The notes below the pieces were generated by a model. That model searched no databases, was not told the DNA's origin, and was given only the letters and a program-made list of their open reading frames with translations. A DNA stretch of 64,000 bases from Haliotis rufescens (lineage: Eukaryota), in the NCBI RefSeq assembly GCF_023055435.1, contig NW_025963835.1, positions 34,224,001-34,288,000 of the forward strand, given 5' to 3'. Made by a program: the position numbers and the translations under genes. Of this stretch, positions 1 through 11,066 are shown piece after piece; within the stretch, counting starts at the first letter, position 1; each line of letters begins with the position of its first letter.

Positions 1-149
1 CATAACATTGTATTAAAAAAGAATGTTTGTTTCATAGAAACATATATATATGAATGGTCAGATGCAGTTGACCTTATGGTTGTGATGTGTGATACTATTG
101 TTGTACAATTCTATATGATGTGTAAGTATAGAATGACGCGTAGAGTGGG

Positions 150-300
150 AGTAACGTGTGTGTAACGCGAGTAGTATCCGCAGGAGAAATAATTAAGGGT
201 CCGGTCAGTGGTGGGGGCGTGTTTGTGACCCGCCAAGGAATTGATAAAGAGGCTGGGGTAAGCGTCGGAGGTGTAGATTAATGTGAACGTGACATGCATT
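150..300. other. Conserved block downstream of IL-17 loci (core TGATAAAGAGGC.GG.GTAAGCG.CGGA)
   Basis: Diverged copies near 242, 7145, 7365, 12661, 19075, 19255, 26903, 37117, 48826, 61808 and 62025. Confidence 0.6.
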
Positions 301-557
301 GTTAGAGAGGTGTTTTAACATGTAACTGAAACAAGCTGTCAAACTCATTTGAATGTTATGACGGTAAAGGTATTCTATCTTTAAAGCCCTTGACATCAAC
401 AAATGATATATTCTTCAACATCTTAACGTATTATTCTATCTTCAGTAGCAGAACAGGACACGCAATGCCTTGCATGTGTAAACATTGAACGAATTATGTC
501 ATGTTTACGGATATGTTTTGAACGTGTAACGGCTATATGAACTCAAATGCAATACCC

Positions 558-1020
558 ATAACTGTGACAGATGCACGATCGTTGACAAAACCCCTGTAAT
601 CAACTTGAAATAGGAACTTCTGAGCACCTCTCAGTCGATATTTCCTGGTTTGGCTGTTCATCCTACAATACCTCATTTAACATTCACTGCCACGTAGAAC
701 GCTCGGGGGCTGAAATGGGTATTCACATTTTGTCCAATCCGAAAACTATTGTGTGGCTATGAACAATGACTCTTACAAATGTCTGGGGGCAGAAATAACT
801 ATTCTGGGAGTGGAATGTTCGTCATCTCCATCTCAAAAACCCACCTCCCCTCCTACAATTTTACATTTGTCAGGATCTGTAAGGTGATCTTCAGGGGTTA
901 TTAATCTGTTTGCTATCTGGCTTGTTCCGGTTTTAAGAGGACACTCGCTTGCCACGTTTTCTTTCTTGACTCTCTGCTTGAACAGGACGCATATATTGCT
1001 GAAGTAAGTTTGAGGAAGAA
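558..1020 (-). pseudogene. IL-17 promoter/5' stub (P type): ATG changed to GTG, TATA deleted, CDS lost after about 8 codons
   Basis: Aligns to 8627-9090 and to the upstream flank of the plus-strand gene (17390-17820). Confidence 0.85.
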
Positions 1021-1730
1021 CACAGAATGGTTTAATATCATGAGCGCATAACGTTACGGTTCAGCGTTCAAACTATTGTGCAGTGTATTTTATTCTCCTG
1101 TTTCTACACTTCTTAGTGGTGGTAAATGACACCAATTGCGCCCTACTGCAAATCCTCAATGTTCAACACCTGTACATGTTTTGTTGATTACTCACATCGA
1201 ATCAATAAAACCACTTCATAGCAGAATAGTGTTAAAGTCGGTTTTATTCTCGTTCGGAGATTCTCATTATGAAGAGTTTATAAGTCTCAACTATCGGAGT
1301 GTGGTCATGTGAGCATAACGTTACGGTTCAGGATTCAAACTATTGTTCAGCGTATTCTATTCTGTTAAAGACAGCGTGGCTTCGTTTAGGAGATGATATG
1401 TGAGTCCGTTCAAAACAGGACGTTTACACACAACATGTCGTGGGCTGCTGAAAGTAATTGTTTTTTCCCCCTTTGATATGATATCGCCCATCTCTAGTGT
1501 ACAGATCCTGTTTTGAAAAGATGAAAATGGATTTATAGTCCTGGACATTTGAAACGGAATCACCGCAGATTATTAATAAATGAAGATAGCTGCATGTGTG
1601 TTGATACTTAGAAAGTGAAAACAAGGCATTCCGACAACAAGGAATATTTTATACAGCAATGATACAAAAACAATCAAAAGTGCGTTTTTTCAAGAAATGT
1701 CCATTTTTCTAGTAACAAACATCACTGTAA

Positions 1731-2140
1731 CATCACCGTCATCTACAGGCACACCGCTGCCATCTGAACGTACAAAACCTTCGTCTACAGGTACAACACT
1801 GTCATCTACTGGTACTACCTCATCATCTACTGGCACAACGCTGTCATGTACCAGGACAACGCCTTCTGTCATCTACTGGCACAACATCGTCATGTACTGG
1901 CACAACGTCGTTTTCTACAGTAACATCACCGTCATGTACAGGTACAACGCTGCCATCTGAACGTACAAAACCTTCGTCTACAGGCACAACGTCGTCATCT
2001 ACAGGTACACGGTCGTCATCAACAGGCACAACATCGTCCTCTGCAGGACCAACGCTTTCTTCTACTGGTACTATAGCTACCATCTCATCTACTAGAACAA
2101 CGAACGAACATCATCACTACCGATACTCGCACACCTGCAT
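1731..2140 (-). pseudogene. 5' part of the repeat-expanded IL-17 pseudogene (3' part deleted)
   Basis: Same ATG region and PVDDD repeats; joined at about 1730 to sequence equivalent to 28315. Confidence 0.75.
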
Positions 2141-2636
2141 GTTCCTCAGTAGAACAAGGACATCAAGCTGCATTGAGTATTTTATAATATTTCAGTGATA
2201 AATAATGTTGGGGAATTATAATTGCGTTAAACGTGTCGTTTTTCTTGATCAATGAATTCATGATTGCATGACTCTCAGAGAAATATTTTATTGCAATATG
2301 CATTTGTACAACTCTGCTTTACATTATCGAATTCTCCACTATCAGATGTGATAGTAATTCTTAATAATAGAGTACCAGTGATAATGGCATTCCTATAACA
2401 GTTACATTGTACGTCCTTATGGAGGAGAAATTAGGGTGTGAATGTGTGAGTTTTATTCGGTATAACGCCTATTTGAAAACTGATAGAGAATTATTTGATC
2501 ACTGATAGTCCGTGCACAAAGTGCCTTGCATAATTTCCACAGTAACTAGTATTTCCTCTTGACAAAGAGTGAAATATCTTCCATAACAAATTATGTTTGA
2601 AAGAAGATAAATTATATGGTATGTATGAACAGGCGC

Positions 2637-2718
2637 ATATGTACACAGGTGTGGATGTACACAGGTGTGGTTGTACACAGGTGCAGTTGTACACAGGCGC
2701 AGTTGTACACAAGTACAG
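2637..2718. repeat. 17-bp minisatellite (TGTACACAGGTGCAGTT)n, about 5 units
   Basis: Direct inspection. Confidence 0.9.
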
Positions 2719-3448
2719 TGGCAGATAACAATATCGACATGTACTCTTTTCCCACTAGTTTTGTTTTAACAACAGATATCAATCTCCTTTGTCAGAGGAA
2801 AAGGTCAAGGCTCGTCATTGCCGGTTGCTTGAATGTTTAACATTTTAAGCCACCTCATGAGCCCTGGGAGTCAAAATGAAATCTCTGGCTCGTGTTTGTT
2901 CAGTAGATTACCTTCTTGACATGCGGTTGCCCTTGCCGTAAATCCTTCACAAAGCCAACGGGAGAGTAATACCATATGCTGATTGTAACACGGTGTACAG
3001 GAAGCGAGGGTGTGCTTAATTTCACACCCAGGATCACAGTGATTCACCCGGAGGCCTTGAATGATCAGGATCCGAAGTTAATGCACAGCCCTGTCTAATT
3101 CGTCTTGCTGATACACTCTATATGATATTATCGGTGATATTGGATCATTATTAACGAACCTTGAAACTCGCCTGAGGGGATATTTTAGAAATTATCATTC
3201 TACATTATGCTGCAATTCTGTTTCCCCCGTAATCGATATGTAACCGTCGGGACAATGATTTTAGAGGACCCATGCTTCAACAGTCGGGGTGCTATGGTAT
3301 GTTTAATACGTATGGTTTGGGGAAGAGTTATGTTCTCACCATTATTGATTAATATCACTGTTCCAGATCCCATCACTTGGTTTGAACTTAGCGTTAAGTG
3401 TGATATGGCGTTTGCTGGTTCGAATTCCGACATTAACCTAATCCCTGA

Positions 3449-4190
3449 GGGCCATTGTTGGACCATTGTTGTACCATTGTTAGACCATTGTTATACCATT
3501 GTAGGACAATTGTTGGACCATTGTCGTACCATTGCTGTACCATTGTTGTATCATTGTTAGACCATTGTTATACCATTGTAGGACAATTGTTGGACCATTG
3601 TTGGAAAATTGTTGTTACATTGTAGGACAATTGTGGGACAATTGTTGGGCCATTGTTGTACCATTGTTGTACCATTGTTGGACCATAAATGGACCATTGT
3701 TGGACCATTGTTGAACAACCAATGGAGGACCATTGTTGAGACCATTGTTGGACCATTGCTGTACCATTGTTGGGCCTTTGTTGGACCATTGTTGGACCAT
3801 TGTTTGACCATTGCTGGACCATTGTTGGACCATTGTTGAGACCATTGTTGGACCATTGTTGGACTATTGTTGAGACCATTGTTGGACCATTGTTGAGACC
3901 ATTGTTGGACCATTGTTGGACCATTGTTGAGACCATTGTTGGACCATTGATTAAATCATTGTTGGACCATTGTTGAGACCATTGTTGGACCATTGTTGGA
4001 CCATTGTTGAGACAATTGTTGGACCATTGTTGAGACCATTGTTGGACCATTTTTGTACCATTGTTGGACCATTGTTGGACCATTGGTGGACCATTGTTAG
4101 GCCATTGTTGGACTATTATTGGTCCATTGTTGAGACCATTGTTAGACCATTGTTGGATTATTGGTGGGCCATTGTTGGACCACTGTTGTG
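3449..4190. repeat. 11-bp minisatellite (GGACCATTGTT)n
   Basis: Direct inspection. Confidence 0.97.
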
Positions 4191-5181
4191 TGGTATCTTC
4201 AAAACACAAAGTCAGTTTACATAGAAGGGGGATGGGGGGATGGGGGGGGGGGGGGGGGGGGGATCTATAGTGCTAGCCCCCGGAGAAACCATGTGGCTGT
4301 TAAACATGAATACCCCACTCAGAAACACTTACTGGCTCCGAGCCGACCAGTCCTAGTTTTAGCCTCTAAACGTATAGCGCTAGACAGGGTAATAACAAGT
4401 ACCATCTATTAACGTATCTTGACATGACGCGGCCGGGGATCAAACCCCGGAACTTCCACTCTCCAGGGCTACCACCAGACCACGGAGGCGGTCAAAGACT
4501 TGTAAATCATCAGCTTCATCGAATACAATACACGTTAGGGGCGGTAGGGTAGCTCAGTTGTACAAGTGTTTGCTCATGATGCCGAGGTCCCGTGTTCGAT
4601 TCCCCAAATGGTGACAATGGGTGAATCCCATTTCTTGTGTCCCCCTGCGCGAAAGTGCTAGAATATTGCTAAAAGCAGCCTAAAACCAAACTCACTCACT
4701 CTCCCAATATACCTAAAAATCTAATCCTATTCAAGTTAACAGATCACATTGTATACTCGTACAAAAAAGATGATAAACCTTGCCGAATTGTTTTCGTTCT
4801 TCAAAATAACAAACGTTCATAAATTCGATATTAAACGACACGGCGACCAGCCTCCAATTCATATTATCTGTAATTCTTGATGAATTAAAACAAAATCAGG
4901 ACATTTTGTTCCTTTCAAACTAAAATCACAATGTGCGTGCCATGAATGAGTCAGTGTTCAATCGAATTGCCTGGCATGTCTCCATCAGATTAAGGCGTGT
5001 TTAGGGAAGGGGAAAAGTGGACATGGATACGGACGTTCACGAAGTTCAATGACTGGGGTGACTAGCAGGTGGTCTTGTGGGCGGGCGTATGTAGCTGCTT
5101 ACAATGTTTCATCGTTTGTCGCGAACAGTCTTATGGTGACTCTGTTTACGGATGTGTCTCTAGGGTTGGGTCGGTGGTCGG

Positions 5182-5455
5182 TTCGTTTTGTGTTTTTGAG
5201 ATTTTCATTTTAGTTTTTGACCTTTTCGTTTTGGTTTTTGACATTTCCATTTTAGTTTTTGACATTTTCACTTCACATTTCAGCGACTCAAAAGCTACTT
5301 AAAAGTACATTTTCTATGTTTTCGGATGTTTTTATACATGATTTATCACATATTTGTATGGCAGATTGTGTTAATTTGCAAAAGGTTAAGATAAAAGTAA
5401 GTTAAACATCAAAATATTGAAAAACAGACTCCATGTCCCTTATGGGGCCACCGTA
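5182..5455. mobile_element. Right arm only of the same foldback MITE
   Basis: Matches 59843-60115; left arm deleted. Confidence 0.8.
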
Positions 5456-6621
5456 GAGACTTGTCATTCTATGGCGGAGACGTTTGATATTTATAATGTT
5501 AATACCTCTGACAATATTAGATCAAAGAGCAAACACAGCAGACACAATATAACTTACAATATCCTCTTTGTGGAAGTGTAAAATCTCTATCCAATCTGAA
5601 ACCAGAACTTCCAGAACCGACAGTTGCAAAACACGATATAAGTACAGCTATTGGGACAGGTGTCATCTACGATTGATTGCTTAGTTTGATTGACATCATG
5701 AGCATTATCTACACGGACAGGACACGATGACAAGCATCAACCAAGTCAGCGAGCCTGACCACCCGACCAATTCTAATCCGGATCTTCTCAGGTATCAACT
5801 ACGGTTGAGTGTATTACACTAGGTTTCAGTGTTAACGAATTAGTTATATTACCCCGTTTTTCCTTAACAATTCATGTGTGACAAAACCCTTTCCATATTC
5901 ATAAGAAATCTCTGATAAAAGCAGTGTACGATTCGGACAATATCATGAATGGGGAACAAGCTGACACATCGTAAATATATTCTGATATAACATTCAAGTA
6001 GAAGTCTGACAGTGTTGCAGTTGTCAAATATTGTCTCAATGCACAGTTCGTAGACAGCAGGCTAATTCAGGATGTTCTGGACCACCAATAACAATTAAAG
6101 GTCCAGAGTAAAGGGTTTCATATTTCAGTCTGATGCATATTGTATACCACTGTATATAATGCTGTTTTGAAATGTGTGTCAACTATTTGATAAATCCGGG
6201 AATACGAAACACCTCCGTAAAATAATGATGACAAGAGTCAATTATGTCAAGATGGTTCAGATATCGTGGATAAAAAGGGGAAAATATGAAACCCACTTTT
6301 TACATTTATAATAAGTCTAATTATAGGCACAGACCCTGATATGTGCTGCTCTTTTGATATTGACTTGTCGCTACGCAGATCCATGTTCTCTCCCACGGTG
6401 TTTTCCTGATGGATTCGGAACACACCCACTTTGCCGTAATTTACAAGAATCGCATCCCATGAAAACTACAAAGCGATTCGGATCATGTCTGATTTTACTG
6501 TCAGAACATTTTGAAAGCCTTTATGAGAGTAAATCTGAATAAAACTAAAAATACATAATTCTTTTCATGAAGACTAATCCTGTGTTGTCAAGGGTAATTA
6601 GTGCATATTCCCAGCCGCGTG

Positions 6622-6787
6622 GGGGCGGTCGGGTAGCCTAGTGGTTAAAGCGTTCGCTCGTCACGCTGAAGACCCGGGTTCGATTACCGACATGGGTACA
6701 ATGTGTGAAGCCCATTTCTGGTGTCCCCCGCCGTAATACTGATCGAATATTGCTAAAAGCGGTGTAAAACCATACTCACTCACTCAC
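6622..6787 (+). mobile_element. tRNA-derived SINE family 1 with (ACTC)n tail
   Basis: A box TAGCCTAGTGG, B box GGTTCGATT, TSD CAGCCGCGTG. Other copies at about 4538, 11660, 22465, 25620, 26069, 35605, 44300, 47433, 47886, 57880, 58720 and 61282. Confidence 0.9.
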
Positions 6788-8177
6788 AGCCGCGTGCATT
6801 GAACACCCACGTGTCTGTCACGTACACATACAGAAGAATGTTACAGGTGGTAACAGATATTTAAATTTTGTCCAATCCCAAAAAGCCGCTCCTCCAGCTC
6901 TCATTTGGTTGAAACATCAACCAGGATACGGGAAGCATACCTTCTCTAAATAGAGGCTTGTGTGGGGGACAATATTTGTTTTCTGAGCAGAACCAAGCAA
7001 TGAGTAGTGTTTCAGTGTGGCATTGACGCTCTTTCGTCACTCACTCACGCACTCACACACGCAGGCACGACATGACATGGCATGACATAACATGATCAAG
7101 TGTCGTGTAGGTGATAAAGGCGTGTTTTTAACCAACGTAGTACATGATAAAGAGGCAGTGGTTGAGATTTATGTTGATCTTTCGCATACTGTCTAATAAC
7201 AAGACTACACACATGTTATATGCCGTGTAATGCTTTTCTTGATGTGAGTTTGTACATGATGTGTTGGCGTGGAATGAAGTGTGGTGTTGGTACAGCGTGT
7301 GCATCGCCTCCTCGGACAGGATCAAGTGTCGGGGCAGTGGAGTGTTTATAACCATCGCAGTCGCTGATAAAAAGGCGGGGTTAAGCGACGGAAGTTAGAC
7401 TAATGTTTATTTGTCGGGTACTGTCTGTCTGTATCCTATTGTCTGCAATTTTTACGGAAATGTTTTAGACATATGACACTGACTAGCTGCCTAACTGACA
7501 TGAATGTTATCGTGGAGATTTTTGAACAGAAGATCTAGGTTTTTGTATCTAACCCTTGAATCAGGGATACGGTATTGTAGAATGCCATCTCTCACCGAAC
7601 AACACTAGTTTGTGAGGTATCTAGGTCATGCGTTACTTTAAGGCATTCATCATTTAACACTCAAACAAATACTGACAACAGCTGTCAAGTGAGATAAGCG
7701 AACGGATCCTTGTTCAATCTGTCGGCAGTGGGACGGAAATATTCCTGTCCGATCAAGATAAATACGCCTTTGCTTTGAATGGAACACAAAAGAGAACACA
7801 ACTATTAGTGAATCATCAAATTTAATGACAATCAAGCAAACAAATAATTCGATGCCGAAAAGTAATTCAAGCCACACATAACAACTGCACTGAGAATACT
7901 CCTATTACAAGACAGTTACAACGTGAACATTGTACACACATATATAAGCATCCTTACTGATTATCAGTCTGGATTTAGGAGTAAATGTTGATGAAAAGAA
8001 ATGACCCATCGTAAATGTATACTGCTATAACAGTCAAGAAGGACAAAGTCTAACATTGTAAGGACCATTAAATTTTTCGGTATTGCTATTGCCGAATATT
8101 GGCTCATGTCACAGTTTGAAGACAGCAAATATTTCAGAGGGACTTCATATGTTAGATTTTCATCTTCATCTTCATCG

Positions 8178-8645
8178 TCAACCACTTGAGGCTCGAGGTG
8201 CAGCACATGTGCACCCAACTGCTACTTCTTTGTCCTCAGGTTGATAGGTGAAGGTACCATTTTCACAGCTGTATTTTAAAACACGGAAGCTAGCTTTCAC
8301 TTGTTCACACTGGTTCTTGTTATTGTTGATACAGTCTCTACAATTACAGCTGGCACTCCGAAGCTGTTGTGGATAAATGTTGTCTCCAAGTCTTAGCGAG
8401 ACGACACTCCAGGGGCAAATGGAACGTTCTCGAGTGGAGTCTTGCATGTTGTTTTGTGACACGGGTGGGTTCGAAGTATCAGGGATGTTGTTCAAGCTGT
8501 TGAAGATCTGTTGTATATGTGATGGTATCTTGCATTGTGTGGCATCCCTTCGTGCTCTCATCATGTTTCCCATATCGTCAGTCACTGGTGTGGCAGTCGC
8601 ATTCATGATGACGACGAGTACGACAGATAACTGTGACAGCTGCAT
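8178..8645 (-). CDS. IL17: Interleukin-17 family cytokine, intronless, 155 aa (type-A flanks)
   Basis: Signal peptide MQLSQLSVVLVVIMNATA, then RSICPW, YPQQL..A.CNC..C, QCEQV...VLK..C and VAVGCTC, which form the IL-17 cystine-knot pattern. Cys replaces the two vertebrate Ser positions, as in invertebrate IL-17s. True ATG taken as 8645 (AACATG context) because the hydrophobic signal peptide starts there and it is the start shared by all copies. Confidence 0.95.
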   Translation of the reverse strand: MQLSQLSVVLVVIMNATATPVTDDMGNMMRARRDATQCKIPSHIQQIFNSLNNIPDTSNPPVSQNNMQDSTRERSICPWSVVSLRLGDNIYPQQLRSASCNCRDCINNNKNQCEQVKASFRVLKYSCENGTFTYQPEDKEVAVGCTCAAPRASSG

Positions 8646-8719
8646 GTTCGTTGACAAAACTTTTGTAATCAACTTAAAATAGTGACTTCTGAGCATCTGT
8701 CAGTCGAGATTTTCTGGTT

Positions 8720-8820
8720 TGACTGCTCATCACAAACGACCTCATTTTATAGCAAGTGTGAACCTACACTGCCAAGACGAACGGTCGGGGCTGAAATGGG
8801 AATTCACATTTTGTCCAATC
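8720..8820 (-). promoter_or_regulatory. IL-17 core promoter: Inr-like CAGTC, TATAAAA (8745-8751), kappaB-like GGGAATTCAC (8798-8807), CCAAT (8815-8819)
   Basis: TATA lies about 28 nt upstream of a CAGT initiator-like motif; the motifs are positionally conserved among paralogs. Confidence 0.65.
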
Positions 8821-10554
8821 CCAAAACTATAATGTTGAATTTGAGAATGACTCTAACAAATGTCTGGGGGCAGAAATAACTCTTCCGGGTGTGAAATGTT
8901 CGCCATCTCCATCTCAAAACCCCATCTCTGCCTCCTTCTCCTCCTACAATTTTACATTTATCAAGATTTGTCAGGTGACCTTCAGATGTTCAAGGGTATT
9001 TATTTCTTCCGGTTGTAAGAGGATAACACCTAGTCAAGTTTTCTTTCTTGACTTCCTGCTTGAAGAGGACACATTTTTGCTTAAGTAAATACGAAGAAGT
9101 ATACCGAATGGTTTAATATGATGATTGTTCACAAGCAAAATTCTTTACAACAGTGTACACATTTTCGGAAAGATGTTCTAATGACAATTTAGGGATAACA
9201 AATCATGTTTCACTGTAGCTTACTTAAGATAATTGTGCACTCTTGTTAAGCGCCAACTCAGGAAATATCTTCCTTTGTGAGTGACAATATTCAAGCAACT
9301 TTACTGAAGCCTATGAAAATCTGCGCTTTGGTTCGAATATATTGCCTACAGTTCAGCCTGAGTTAAATTCTAAATATTAGAAACAGGACATGTGCATAAG
9401 TTATCAAATGTTGCGATCTACAGCAAATGTTCAACGTTCAACACCAGTACGTCTTTGTGAGTGTGATGATTACTGACATCCATGCATAATGACCACTTCA
9501 CCACCGGATATATATTGTTCCTTCTCGTCCTGAGATTCTCATTACGAAGAACATGTCTGTCAGACATGCAATTGTGGTCATGAGTGCATAACGATACGGT
9601 GCAGGATTCAAACTATTGTTCAGCTAACTCTATTTTTGTGTTGACTGACATCCTGGGTTTCTTTCAAACGTAGTGACATTTGAGTCCTTTCAAAACCGAC
9701 ATGTGCACACACCGAATCATGGACTGCCGAAAATCATACCCACCCCCGCCCCCTTTGCCTCATGAGATAATTTCCCCATTTTTAAAGTATCTTCTCAAAG
9801 CCATCTGGCAGAGTTAATCTTGTCAGACAAAATCTTTTTATCGTTCAGTGCAACTAAATTGCCTGCGTGTGTCTGCTGTCCAAACATAAAGTTGAAATTA
9901 AATGTTTCTTACCCAAGAATGGGATTACAAAATATCACAATTCACTAAACGCTGATCCTTCCGATGAGTGTACATCATAAAGTTGATTATGTGTGGGATA
10001 ACGGGAATGACAAGCGATCGAAAGACACAACAGTTAGGCTGATATATTTCATGATATCAGGATGTCATGACGTAAATCAGCACAAGATACGGTGTTCAGC
10101 TCGTAACATTACACGTTCACAAGCACAGATACTTATTTTTAGCGTTAAATATTGCAACAATATCAGATCCACCTTACGATCGCCAGTGGGTTCGGCAACT
10201 CAAAGTTTGAGCAGAGTCAATTATGACGTGATATGCAGATGACGTCATGTGACGTTACGAAATCCGTTGATCTGACTTGTATGGGATTTTACAATGAGGC
10301 GATTGGCTAAACATATTTCTTAAGTTTAGGTTTTTGTAAAGAACGAGAGTCTTTATAATCAAGATGAACGAATTTAGATCATATTTGCATTTCGGGTCAG
10401 AATAAGGGCAGCCATGAAAATTCAGACTCGGTATTTTGGGTTATAGTCTGTCTGACTAAAACGGACATGTGCAGTTGAACACTGCTCAGTAAGGGTTTTA
10501 GCATGTGGGTACATAGTCGATGAACACTTTTAAGATGACTTTTATCAAGGAAAT

Positions 10555-10645
10555 ATATAAGGTAGACACAATTTTATGGATGACAACTTCTTTAATATTG
10601 TAAAAAGCGACGTTTCGGTATAGATCCTTATACCTTTGTCACCCG
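10555..10645 (-). mobile_element. Penelope-like element terminal fragment with degenerate hammerhead motif (copy at about 34520-34612)
   Basis: Minus strand TGACAA-A-GGTATA-aggatc-TATACC-GAAACGTCG. Confidence 0.5.
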
Positions 10646-10870
10646 TCCACTTCTCAGTAATGTCTATCAAACAAGAAAAAATATAGATTTGTAATTATTT
10701 ATGAATGATATATGTCAGTGTTACCACGTCTAAAAATTATTTGTACTGGTTACACGATCATTGCAAAATGGCAAATGTTCAAATTTGTGTTCACAGGATC
10801 TGACCTGAATTTCGTTCATAATTGTCATAGATTTAGAATCGAGAACAGAAGAAACCCCACTGTACATTGC

Positions 10871-11066
10871 GTAAAAGGCGACTAACGGGATCGGGTGGTC
10901 AGGCTCGCTGACTTGGTTGATGCATGTCATCGATCCCAATTGTGTGGGTCGATGCTCATGATATCAATCACTGGATTGTCTGGTCCAGACTCGATTGTTT
11001 ACAGACCGCCGTCAAAGAGCTGGAATATTGCTGAGTGCGGCGTTAAACAACCAACCAACCAACCAA
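10871..11066 (+). mobile_element. 5'-truncated SINE family 3 (CGTAAGAGGCGACTAA core, (AACC)n tail)
   Basis: TSD CCACTGTA(C/A)ATTGC; empty site at about 34838. Relatives at 5690, 13190, 16420, 26240, 28600, 37640, 48060 and 50570. Confidence 0.8.

Noticed and set aside
6622-6700. tRNA genes at SINE heads (also about 33199-33270)
   Set aside because: They continue into SINE bodies with simple-repeat tails and TSDs, and some have empty paralogous sites.
8377-8682. Recurrent 101-aa antisense ORF (MLSPSLSET...)
   Set aside because: Shadow of the IL-17 CDS with a non-ATG start; its recurrence is explained by the sense gene.
8646-8696. Longer N-termini of IL-17 ORFs in the track (172-207 aa)
   Set aside because: Upstream starts are not conserved among copies, some lie upstream of the TATA box, and the signal peptide begins at MQL.
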